A stretch of 64,000 nucleotides of DNA, from NCBI GenBank assembly GCA_904395815.1, contig CAJFOC010000009.1, forward strand, positions 20,642-84,641, given 5' to 3'. The DNA is from an uncultured Holdemania sp. Lineage in GTDB: Bacteria > Bacillota_I > Bacilli_A > Erysipelotrichales > Erysipelotrichaceae. The position numbers and the translations under genes are program-made. Of this stretch, positions 39,713-48,213 are shown piece by piece (the stretch's first letter is position 1; each line of letters opens with the position of its first letter). The notes beneath the pieces are model-generated. The model was not told where the DNA came from and made no database searches. It was given only the letters and a program-made list of their open reading frames with translations.

Positions 39713-40471
39713 TCAGTCCACCGGCGCCATCAGCACTTTGCCGCTGCCCCGGTATACATTGACCAAACCCTCGCCGGAAACCGCCGAACCCAATAGCGAT
39801 TTGCCGGAACGTTCCACAGAAAACTCCAGCGATCCGCTCCAGGCTACCGCCATGTTGCCGTCAATTTTCAGTACATCGTTATCCAGTGTAATTTCAATCA
39901 GCTCTTCCTTCGGCGCGTCGGATTCCAGGCAGACAATGCCGCTGCCGTTCAGCGCCAGATTAAACAATCCCTCGCCCCCGGCAACTGCCGAGGACACGTT
40001 GGAACGCATGACCGCCTTATGCTTCAGGCTGGATTCGCAAGCCAGAAAAAAACCGTCCTGCAAAACAACCGATCCGCCCCACTGTCCGACATCCAGCAAT
40101 AAAAGATACTTGTACGTCGGTTCCAGCACCAGCATGCCGTCGCCGGTATATTCCGGTTTGATCGCAGATTCGCCGCTGGCCTTGCCTCGCACCGCCTTGC
40201 CGATCAGATCGCCGACCCCTTTGATCCCGGTCGTCGCCCGGCAATCGCCGACCATCCACTGCATGGCGCCAGCCTGCACCGTCACCGGTGAATGCTTCAG
40301 TTCACACAGCACCTGACGCTTGCGGACATTCATCGCATCGCAATAATAGGCGTTCATCGCCGACTGGGGCGAAACACTCAGATCCCGCTGGTACTCAATA
40401 ATCGTAAAAGCGCCATTTTTTTCCACTACCCGGATATCGTCGTTGTCCAATAGATTTCTGATTTGATACAT
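39713..40471 (-). CDS. AIM24 (DUF124) family protein
   Basis: VQAGAMQWM, GEGLFNL and IDGNMAVAWS motifs. Confidence 0.85.
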   Translation of the reverse strand: MYQIRNLLDNDDIRVVEKNGAFTIIEYQRDLSVSPQSAMNAYYCDAMNVRKRQVLCELKHSPVTVQAGAMQWMVGDCRATTGIKGVGDLIGKAVRGKASGESAIKPEYTGDGMLVLEPTYKYLLLLDVGQWGGSVVLQDGFFLACESSLKHKAVMRSNVSSAVAGGEGLFNLALNGSGIVCLESDAPKEELIEITLDNDVLKIDGNMAVAWSGSLEFSVERSGKSLLGSAVSGEGLVNVYRGSGKVLMAPVD

Positions 40472-40620
40472 CGTTTTCTCCCCCCATTTGTTTTATTGTA
40501 TCATTAGAAAACAAGTCATTACCTGTTTTTCTCCGATTTTACCGTTTCTTATCTTTGAAAATAGGATTGCCCCGGTGCTTTTCACTTTACGGCTTGCCGC
40601 TTTTTCTCGTGCTGCTTTCG

Positions 40621-40656
40621 AAAAAAAGGCCGTCATGTCCCATTGACATGACAGCC
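40621..40656 (-). terminator. Terminator of the P-type ATPase gene
   Basis: GGCTGTCATGTC/GACATGACGGCC stem followed by U7. Confidence 0.85.
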
Positions 40657-40665
40657 TGAACCACA

Positions 40666-43311
40666 TTAGTGAAAATGTCGCCGGCGAACGAGTTTGGTGA
40701 TCTCGACAACCGGAATCGGTACCAGCGCCAGAGCCACTGCGATCAGCAGATGAATCGGATCCAGCGGCGCCATGGAAAAGGCATTGGCCAAAAACGGTAC
40801 GTACATCACCAGAACCTGCAGCAGTACGCCTACCGCAAACGCTCCCCACAAGTATTTGTTGGAGAAAATCTGCCGTGAGAAGACGCTGTGCTCGCTCTTG
40901 ACGTTGAAGGAGTGAATCAACTGTGAAAGCGCCAGCGTAACAAACGCCATCGTCATGCCGATTTCATGGGAAATCTCCATACCAAACAACACGGTGCCGT
41001 TGCCGATTCCGTTGCCCAGAATATAGGACAGCAGCGTCAGACAGCCGATCATGATTCCCTGCCAGGCAATCGTAAAGCCCAATCCGTTAGCAAAGAAACT
41101 TTCATCCTTGCGGCGCGGCTTGCGATCCATGACATCCGGCTCCGGCTCTTCCATGCCGATCGCAAATGCCGGCAGCGAATCGGTGATCAGATTGATCCAC
41201 AACAGATGCACCGGCATCAGCGGTACGCCAAGTTCCCAGCCCGGAATCAGTGATATACAGGAAGCGCCGAAGATCGTCAGCACCTCGCCAATGTTGCTGG
41301 AAAGCAGAAACTGCACATCTTTGCGGATGTTGTCGTAGATGCCGCGGCCCTGTCTGACCGCCGCGATGATCGTCGCGAAATTATCATCTGTCAGCACCAT
41401 GTCCGCCGCACCCTTGGCTACGTCGGTTCCGGTAATGCCCATCGCACAGCCGATATCGGCCGCTTTCAGCGCCGGCGAGTCGTTGACGCCATCGCCGGTC
41501 ATCGCCACAACATGCCCCTTATCCTGCCAGGCATTGACAATTCTGACCTTGTGTTCCGGCGCAACCCGGGCATAAACGGAAATCTCTTCGATCTGCGCTT
41601 CCAGTTCTTCATCGCTCATGGCGCTCAGTTCCGGTCCGCTGATCGCCTTCTGTCCTTCTTCCAGAATACCCAGATCACGGGCAATCGCCTTGGCAGTGAT
41701 CACATGATCGCCAGTGATCATAATCGTACGGATACCGCCCTTCTTCGCCTGGGCAATCGCATCGCGCACCTCTTCCCGCGGCGGGTCGATCATCCCGCAC
41801 AATCCGACAAAGGTCATATGATTTTCAACCTCGTCGCTGCTGAGTTCTTCCGGTACCGCATCCCACTTGCGGATGGCAACCGCCAGCACGCGCAGCGCAC
41901 TGGAAGCCATGGTTTCGTTAGCCTGAATCGAATCGGCCTTCTGCGCAAAATCGTCGCAGCGGGCGGTAACGATATCCGGAGCCCCTTTGGTGACCGATAC
42001 CACACCCTGTTCCGTCTGATAGAACACCGTCATCATTTTCCGGCCGGAATCAAAGGCGATTTCTTCACCGCGGACATAATGCTTCGCCAGTTGTGCCTTC
42101 GTTTCTCCCATCTTGTAGCTGGCTTCAACCATGGCGGTTTCCGTCGGATCGCCGATCATTTTCAGACGGCCTTCCTCTTCCACAACCTCACCATCCGAGC
42201 ACAGCGTAAACCAGCGCATCAGTTCCCGGATCTTTTCATCCGCAGTTTTGGCGTCAAAATCCAGAATGCCTTTCTGCGGAAGATACGTCTTGACTACCGT
42301 CATCTTGTTCTGCGTCAGCGTGCCGGTTTTATCCGAGCAGACAATGCTGGCTGAGCCCAGCGTTTCCACCGCCGGCAGTTTTCTGACGATCGCGTTGCAC
42401 TTGACCATCTTGCTGACACCCAACGCCAGAACGATCGTAACCACCGTGGCCAATCCTTCCGGAATCGCCGCAACAGCCAGCGCTACCGCTGTTTTGAAAG
42501 CGTCCAGAATTCCCAAACCACTGGCCAGTTCCAGAGCAAAGACGACAACGCAGATGCCCAGACACAGAATACCGATCGTTTTGGAAATCTGTGCCAGCTT
42601 GTTCTGCAGCGGTGTGCTTTCCTTTTCCGTGTTCATCAGCATGCCGGCGATCTTGCCGACTTCGTTTTCCATTCCCACCGAGGTAACCAGCATCGTCCCT
42701 CGTCCATACGTGACTACCGTGCTGGAAAACGCCATGTTCTTGCGATCTCCCAGCGGAACGTCATCCTGCTCCAGCGGATCGCTCGTCTTGTTGACCGGCA
42801 CCGATTCGCCAGTCAGAGCCGACTCATCGATCTGCAGGTTATAGGATTCCAGAATGCGACCATCGCTGGGAACGAAATCGCCCGCTTCCAGCAAAACCAC
42901 ATCGCCAATCGTCAGCTCGCGCGAAGCGATGACCTTACGCTGACCGTCACGGATAACCTTGGCCTGCGGCGCGCTCATCTTCTTCAGCGCTTCCAGTGAT
43001 TTCTCCGCGTTGTTCTCCTGAACAACGCCCAGAATCGCGTTAAACAAAACAACAATCACAATAATCAGGCTGTCCACCCATTCCGACGGATCCACTGCGA
43101 TCGAAACGACCGCGGCGATGATCAAAATGATGATCAGCGGATCAGTAAACTGCAGAAAAAAACGTTTCAGCAGCGAATCCTTTTTCGCTTCCTGAAGTTC
43201 GTTGTAGCCGTAGCGTTCCAGTCGTTGTCGTGCTTGCGGCTCACTGAGTCCCTGCGTCGGGTTGCTGTCCAACTCCTCTACAACCTCAGCTGCTGTCTGG
43301 CTGGTTCTCAT
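40666..43311 (-). CDS. P2A-type (SERCA/PMR1-like) cation-transporting ATPase
   Basis: LTGES, IPEGL, CSDKTGTLT, KGAP, DPPR, TGD and GDGVND motifs. Confidence 0.95.
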   Translation of the reverse strand: MRTSQTAAEVVEELDSNPTQGLSEPQARQRLERYGYNELQEAKKDSLLKRFFLQFTDPLIIILIIAAVVSIAVDPSEWVDSLIIVIVVLFNAILGVVQENNAEKSLEALKKMSAPQAKVIRDGQRKVIASRELTIGDVVLLEAGDFVPSDGRILESYNLQIDESALTGESVPVNKTSDPLEQDDVPLGDRKNMAFSSTVVTYGRGTMLVTSVGMENEVGKIAGMLMNTEKESTPLQNKLAQISKTIGILCLGICVVVFALELASGLGILDAFKTAVALAVAAIPEGLATVVTIVLALGVSKMVKCNAIVRKLPAVETLGSASIVCSDKTGTLTQNKMTVVKTYLPQKGILDFDAKTADEKIRELMRWFTLCSDGEVVEEEGRLKMIGDPTETAMVEASYKMGETKAQLAKHYVRGEEIAFDSGRKMMTVFYQTEQGVVSVTKGAPDIVTARCDDFAQKADSIQANETMASSALRVLAVAIRKWDAVPEELSSDEVENHMTFVGLCGMIDPPREEVRDAIAQAKKGGIRTIMITGDHVITAKAIARDLGILEEGQKAISGPELSAMSDEELEAQIEEISVYARVAPEHKVRIVNAWQDKGHVVAMTGDGVNDSPALKAADIGCAMGITGTDVAKGAADMVLTDDNFATIIAAVRQGRGIYDNIRKDVQFLLSSNIGEVLTIFGASCISLIPGWELGVPLMPVHLLWINLITDSLPAFAIGMEEPEPDVMDRKPRRKDESFFANGLGFTIAWQGIMIGCLTLLSYILGNGIGNGTVLFGMEISHEIGMTMAFVTLALSQLIHSFNVKSEHSVFSRQIFSNKYLWGAFAVGVLLQVLVMYVPFLANAFSMAPLDPIHLLIAVALALVPIPVVEITKLVRRRHFH

Positions 43312-43336
43312 ACATTACCTCCTTCGGCCGTCTTCA

Positions 43337-43476
43337 TAAAAAAAGACAAGCCCACCTTCAACCCCTGAAGATAACGGTCTTGCCCATCATTTCTGACGGC
43401 TGCATCCGGCCTGGTTCAACAGAACCAGACGTGATGTCGAATACAGCGCACTTCTGTGCCAGCTACTCCCCATTTT
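43337..43476 (-). ncRNA. yybP-ykoY (Mn2+) riboswitch with terminator
   Basis: GGGGAGTAGC (43462-43471), CGACATCAC, CGG and GCAAGACC (43376-43383) in the canonical order, then a hairpin and U-tract. Confidence 0.88.
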
Positions 43477-43490
43477 TCAATGGCAAACGT

Positions 43491-43520
43491 AATATATCAT
43501 CCGCAACCGGCTGATGTCAA
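43491..43520 (-). promoter_or_regulatory. Sigma-A promoter for the riboswitch/ATPase
   Basis: TTGACA-18-TATATT with an extended TG. Confidence 0.75.
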
Positions 43521-43693
43521 GAATTGCCGCCCCTTCTTTGACAAAACGTTGTTCTTGTCAAAGAATTGCTGTGTCCTTTTCCATCTGATCCTTTTTCCCG
43601 CAAATCATTCCTTCTGCACACTCAGACAGTGGACAAACCCTTCCTGCTGCCATTAAAATAAAGATGCAAAAAAAGGAAAGAGAGGGTCGGATC

Positions 43694-43987
43694 ATGGAAA
43701 GAATCTACGCCATCGCTCAGGGACAGGTTCAGGGAGTCGGATTCCGTTATTTTATCCAGACGCTGGCCAGAACGCTGCATCTGACCGGCTGGGTACGCAA
43801 CATGCGCAACGGCATGGTGGAGATGGAACTGCAGGGAGAAGAAAGCGATCTGCATCAGGCGCTGCGGCGTATCCAACGGGGCGATCGTTTTATTCAGGTA
43901 AGCGATCTGCATACCAAAACGCTTCCTCTGCATCCGCAGGAGAAACAATTTCGTGTCCGCTTTGACGATGAAACTCATTTCAGATAA
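43694..43987 (+). CDS. acyP: Acylphosphatase
   Basis: GQVQGVGFR and GWVRN motifs. Confidence 0.92.
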   Translation: MERIYAIAQGQVQGVGFRYFIQTLARTLHLTGWVRNMRNGMVEMELQGEESDLHQALRRIQRGDRFIQVSDLHTKTLPLHPQEKQFRVRFDDETHFR

Positions 43988-44003
43988 ATTGTATCTTTTT
44001 TCA

Positions 44004-44032
44004 TTGACAACGCATTGTGTTTTCATTATAAT
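44004..44032 (+). promoter_or_regulatory. Consensus sigma-A promoter for the asnB leader
   Basis: TTGACA-17-TATAAT. Confidence 0.9.
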
Positions 44033-44049
44033 TCAAATCATCAAATCCA

Positions 44050-44315
44050 TTGACCAGAAGAGTAATCCGGACTCTTTCCCGAATCCAGTGAACGCGAGAC
44101 AGTGAGAACCGCGCGCAGGGCGTCCGGATGAAGAACCTCTGCCAGGAGCCTGCCGAACAAAGCTTTCTCTTTCAGTAGACCAGGACGGCCGCAGCCCGTT
44201 ATCCGACTGCTTGTTCATGTTGGTGAATCAAAGAGATTCCGCTTTGAAAACGGAATAATGTGGGTGGTACCGCGGATTAACAGTCATTCGTCCCATGATG
44301 AAGGACTGTTTTTTT
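44050..44315 (+). ncRNA. T-box riboswitch, Asn (AAC specifier)
   Basis: AGTA/GAA loop with AAC at 44134-44136, GGGTGGTACCGCG antiterminator, and AACAGTC/GACTGTT terminator with U-tract. Confidence 0.9.
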
Positions 44316-44332
44316 ACAGGAGGCGATCACTC

Positions 44333-45913
44333 ATGTGCGGTATTCTCGTCAGTACCGATCAGAACATCGACCTGCAGGCCTTTCAGAAAGGCTTACAGAC
44401 ACTGCAGCGGCGCGGCCCCGATGAAAGCCGGATCGAAATGACCGGCGGGGGAATCCTGGGTTTTCAGCGGCTGGCAGTCATGGATCTCAGCGAAGCCGGG
44501 ATGCAGCCTTTCCACCATCATCACTCCGCGCTGGTCTGCAATGGTGAAATTTACGGCTGGCGGCCGCTGAAGCAGCAACTGCGGCAGAAATACGAATTCA
44601 TCTCCGACAGCGATTGCGAGATTCTTTTGCCGCTGTATGAGGAACTGGGCAACGAGATGTTTGTCCGGCTGGATGGAGAATTCGCGCTGGTGCTGTATGA
44701 TCACCGGCATCAACGATGGGTTGCCGCCCGCGATCCGATCGGCATCCGTCCGCTGTTTTATGGCACCACCCGGCAAGGCGCCATCGCTTTTGGTTCCACC
44801 GCCCGTTCGCTGCAGCCGTTTTGCACCGGCATTGCTCCCTTCCCGCCAGGTCATTACTACTGTGACGGACAGTTTCACTGCTACAACGATATCGCCCAAA
44901 CGCAGCATGATCACAACGAATCGCTGGAAGTGCTCTGTCAGAACATCCACGACCGGTTGATCGACGGCGTACTCAAGCGCATGGATGCCGATGCTCCGGT
45001 AGGCTATCTGCTCAGCGGCGGATTGGATTCCTCGCTGGTGTGCGCCATCGCTCAGAAACACTCTGCTGCTGCGATCCGTACTTTCGCCATTGGCATGGAT
45101 AAGGACGCCATTGACCTGAAATACGCTCGCCAGGTGGCTGAGGCGATCGGCAGCGATCACACGGAAGTCATCATCCATCGCCAACAGGTGCTGGACGCTC
45201 TGCCTGAAGTCATCCAATCACTGGAAACCTGGGATATCACCACTATCCGGGCTTCACTGGGCATGGCCTTATTGTGCCGGGAAATCCACCGTACCACCGG
45301 GATCAAGGTATTGTTTACCGGGGAAATCAGCGATGAACTGTTCGGCTACAAATATACAGACTTCGCCCCTTCTGCCGAGCAGTTTCAGAAAGAAGCGCAG
45401 AAACGCATCCGCGAGCTGTACATGTACGATGTGCTGCGGGCTGATCGCTGCATTAGCGATCATGGTATGGAAGGCCGCGTTCCTTTCGGTGATCTGAGCT
45501 TTGTCCGTTACGTCATGGATATCGATCCGGCACGCAAGGTGAACACCTATGGCATCGGCAAATATCTATTGCGCAAGGCTTTTGAAGCCGACGGTCTGCT
45601 GCCCCGTTCCATCCTTTATCGCGATAAAGCGGCGTTCAGCGACGCCGTCGGTCATTCCCTGGTAGAAGATCTGCAGGAATATGCTGACGAGCTCTATTCC
45701 GATCTGATGTTCCATCAGCGATGCCGCCAGTATGCCTGGTGTCCGCCCTATACCAAGGAAAGTCTGCTGTACCGGGATCTTTTCGAACAGTTCTATCCCG
45801 GCATGGGCAAGCTGATCGCCGCTTACTGGCTGCCGAACCAGAACTGGAAAGGGTGTCAGGTCAGCGATCCCAGCGCCCGTGTCCTTTCCAACTATGGCAA
45901 AAGCGGTGAATAA
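44333..45913 (+). CDS. asnB: Glutamine-hydrolysing asparagine synthetase
   Basis: N-terminal MCGI (Ntn nucleophile); RRGPD, CNGEIY, RDPIGIRPL, LSGGLDSS and RVPF motifs; AGGAGG RBS. Confidence 0.95.
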   Translation: MCGILVSTDQNIDLQAFQKGLQTLQRRGPDESRIEMTGGGILGFQRLAVMDLSEAGMQPFHHHHSALVCNGEIYGWRPLKQQLRQKYEFISDSDCEILLPLYEELGNEMFVRLDGEFALVLYDHRHQRWVAARDPIGIRPLFYGTTRQGAIAFGSTARSLQPFCTGIAPFPPGHYYCDGQFHCYNDIAQTQHDHNESLEVLCQNIHDRLIDGVLKRMDADAPVGYLLSGGLDSSLVCAIAQKHSAAAIRTFAIGMDKDAIDLKYARQVAEAIGSDHTEVIIHRQQVLDALPEVIQSLETWDITTIRASLGMALLCREIHRTTGIKVLFTGEISDELFGYKYTDFAPSAEQFQKEAQKRIRELYMYDVLRADRCISDHGMEGRVPFGDLSFVRYVMDIDPARKVNTYGIGKYLLRKAFEADGLLPRSILYRDKAAFSDAVGHSLVEDLQEYADELYSDLMFHQRCRQYAWCPPYTKESLLYRDLFEQFYPGMGKLIAAYWLPNQNWKGCQVSDPSARVLSNYGKSGE

Positions 45914-45957
45914 CACAAAAAGAAGATTTCCTGCCGGCAGGAAATCTTCTTTTTGTG
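45914..45957. terminator. Bidirectional terminator; perfect 44-bp palindrome
   Basis: CACAAAAAGAAGATTTCCTGCC followed immediately by its exact reverse complement. Confidence 0.9.
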
Positions 45958-46015
45958 GTAACCCATTCCGTCCGCTTTGCGCCTGCTTCCTTACCGGCAG
46001 CCGGTCTGTAGAGAA

Positions 46016-47935
46016 CTACAGGTTGGGAATGTGATTGTCCATCGCATAGATCAGGCTCGTGTAGTTTTCGTACAGGAAACGGTACATCTCAAAATTCTGA
46101 GCGGTCAGCGACAGCGTGTTGTTGGTGGCAATACTGTATTGCTGAGAGATCGCGTTCCACGTCTGTCGTCCGACCACCCCATCCACACTCAGTCCCATCC
46201 GGCGCTGAAACGCTCGGACCGCCGTTTCCGTCGCGGACCCGAAGATGCCGTCCACGCTCAGCTGCGTCGCATTGCCCCAGCCCTGATTGATGATGTTCAG
46301 CGCCCACTGAACGATGCTGACATTCTCGCCGCGGCTGCCGTTTCTTAGCGCCGTACCCGGGTAATCCGGAATCATCTGCGCTGAGGGCGGCTGCACTGCC
46401 AGCGTTTCCCGGTACGCCTGCACCAGCGTGTTCCACGTCTGAAGTCCGACAACGCCATCAACGCTCAGACTGGCCAGCTTCTGAAACGCGATCACCGACG
46501 CCCGGGTCGCCGAACCGAAGCTGCTGTCAATCTTCACCGTCGGTACCCTGGAGGTAAACAACGCGATTTTCTGCAGATAAAACTGGACTTCCTGAACGTA
46601 GATGTTGCGGTCTCCCTGCCGCAGCGCAAATCCCGGGTACACCCCCGGCAGTCTTTCCTCAACTCCCTCGGAAGTCAGCTCCGCCAGTTTTTTTACCGCG
46701 ACGTAAATATAGGAAATCTTATACCAGGTCGCCTTGCCGACAATGCCGTCAGCCGTCAGTGAAAACTGCTTCTGAAACGCGATGACCGACGCTTCCGTAC
46801 CGGCGCCGAAAATGCCGTCCACCGGATAGGTCGCAGGGATATTCGGATAATTGACGGCAATCCGGTTCAGCTGGTTCTGGATGATGCCGACGCTGTCGCT
46901 GCGGACACCCCGCTGCAGATTCAGCCCCGGGAACGATCCGCTGACCCCTTCAATCCGGCTTGTATCCACCAGTTCAATGTCATCGCCATAATAATACTGC
47001 AGAATCTCAAACGCGTTTTCTCCCATGTTGGCACGATCGACCGTTCCCCACTGCTTCAGCCCCTGACACCAGACCTGCCGGCCATCGCAGTATTCGGCAT
47101 AAAACGGATTGACCGTGTTGACCTTGCGGATATATTCGTTGAAGATCTCGTCAACGATCTTGCTGACGGAGGTAAAAATATCGCGGCCATAGACAAAATA
47201 CTGATCGTAGGCCGTGCTGTTGGTAATATCAAAGGAATAACCGCGGCTGCGATACCATTCGGTATAAACACGGTTCAGCGCCAGTGAAATCTGACAGTAG
47301 ATATTGGCCCGCAGGCTCTGCTGCGGCCAGGTCGGATAAATCTCGCTGGACGCCACATTCTTGATATAATCCTTGAATGTGACCTGCACATCCTGAGCGC
47401 TGGCGCTGGGCCGGCCCAGATGCACGGTAATATACTTGGGAATAATCGGATAGTCCAGAACATAAGGTGCGACGCTCTCATCACTGTCCGCCGTCCGGCT
47501 GCAGCCGGCTAAACCGCTGCAGCTGCCCCGGGCACATCCGCAAGAGCGGGCCATCGAACGCGTTAAGGCGTGCGAGGGAATCTCGATGACATCATCCAGC
47601 TGCGGCGCACGGGCGTCCGCCCGGTTCAGCATATCCACCTGCAGCAGCGCTTCTTCCTGGGCAAAAATCTGCACGCCATGAAAAGTGCGGGTAGCATAGC
47701 CGCTGCGGGATACCGCCACATCGACAGTGGCGTACGGCAGCAGCTCGTTGTTGGGATCCAGGCTCAGCTGCCGGTCCGGCGCTTCTACCCGAATGACCGG
47801 ACTTTTGCCATCGCTGCCGCTGACCAGACGCTGATTCACTGTGCCTTCTTCATTGGTGACCTCGATCACAGCTCCCGCAATCGGCAGCGCCTGCTGAGCG
47901 ACCGTCACCTCGACAATCAAAGTCCCATACTGCAT
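46016..47935 (-). CDS. sleC: SleC-like spore cortex-lytic enzyme with three peptidoglycan-binding domains
   Basis: Prodomain, then ITVHLG...YIKNVASSEIYPTWP...ALNRVYTEWY...STAYDQ...QWG...ILQYYYG catalytic domain, then three DGIFG/DGVVG PG_binding_1 repeats. Confidence 0.82.
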   Translation of the reverse strand: MQYGTLIVEVTVAQQALPIAGAVIEVTNEEGTVNQRLVSGSDGKSPVIRVEAPDRQLSLDPNNELLPYATVDVAVSRSGYATRTFHGVQIFAQEEALLQVDMLNRADARAPQLDDVIEIPSHALTRSMARSCGCARGSCSGLAGCSRTADSDESVAPYVLDYPIIPKYITVHLGRPSASAQDVQVTFKDYIKNVASSEIYPTWPQQSLRANIYCQISLALNRVYTEWYRSRGYSFDITNSTAYDQYFVYGRDIFTSVSKIVDEIFNEYIRKVNTVNPFYAEYCDGRQVWCQGLKQWGTVDRANMGENAFEILQYYYGDDIELVDTSRIEGVSGSFPGLNLQRGVRSDSVGIIQNQLNRIAVNYPNIPATYPVDGIFGAGTEASVIAFQKQFSLTADGIVGKATWYKISYIYVAVKKLAELTSEGVEERLPGVYPGFALRQGDRNIYVQEVQFYLQKIALFTSRVPTVKIDSSFGSATRASVIAFQKLASLSVDGVVGLQTWNTLVQAYRETLAVQPPSAQMIPDYPGTALRNGSRGENVSIVQWALNIINQGWGNATQLSVDGIFGSATETAVRAFQRRMGLSVDGVVGRQTWNAISQQYSIATNNTLSLTAQNFEMYRFLYENYTSLIYAMDNHIPNL

Positions 47936-47954
47936 AGCAACTCACCTCCACCCT

Positions 47955-47963
47955 TACGGTATG
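47955..47963 (-). promoter_or_regulatory. Possible sigma-K/sigma-E type -10 element
   Basis: CATAccgTA just upstream of the GGAGGTG RBS of sleC; no matching -35. Confidence 0.35.
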
Positions 47964-48110
47964 CCATCTCTCTTCCTCTCTCTGGGCAAAGCGAAACCCG
48001 ATATTTTTTGCCGTTTCATCTGCTCATAAATCCAAAACATCCCCACCGCCGCCTTCCTCATTTCAATGTAAGCGGATGCAGAAAAAAACTTTTTCGATGT
48101 AACCGTTTAC

Positions 48111-48128
48111 TTGTGAAAAACTTCTCAT
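48111..48128. promoter_or_regulatory. Rex-like operator 1
   Basis: TTGTGAAaaacTTCTCAT versus consensus TTGTGAA-n4-TTCACAA. Confidence 0.7.
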
Positions 48129-48135
48129 TACCCTC

Positions 48136-48164
48136 TTGTCAGTCATTTTGGGGCATGCTATAAT
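48136..48164 (+). promoter_or_regulatory. Sigma-A promoter of adhE
   Basis: TTGTCA-17-TATAAT with an extended TG. Confidence 0.8.
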
Positions 48165-48179
48165 CACACCCGTAACAAC

Positions 48180-48197
48180 GAGTGAAACTTTTCACAA
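48180..48197. promoter_or_regulatory. Rex-like operator 2
   Basis: GAGTGAAacttTTCACAA, abutting the AAGGAGG RBS. Confidence 0.7.
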
Positions 48198-48213
48198 AGG
48201 AGGAAGTGCTCAG

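Noticed and set aside
43435-43441. Spo0A box TGTCGAA
   Set aside because: It falls inside the riboswitch core; a single 7-mer is expected by chance.
44258-44332. Longer ORF-track starts (asnB 44258; likewise pheS 39504, adhE 48136, folT 58877)
   Set aside because: The extensions overlap T-box, riboswitch or promoter elements; the downstream ATGs have strong RBSs, and AsnB needs Cys at position 2.
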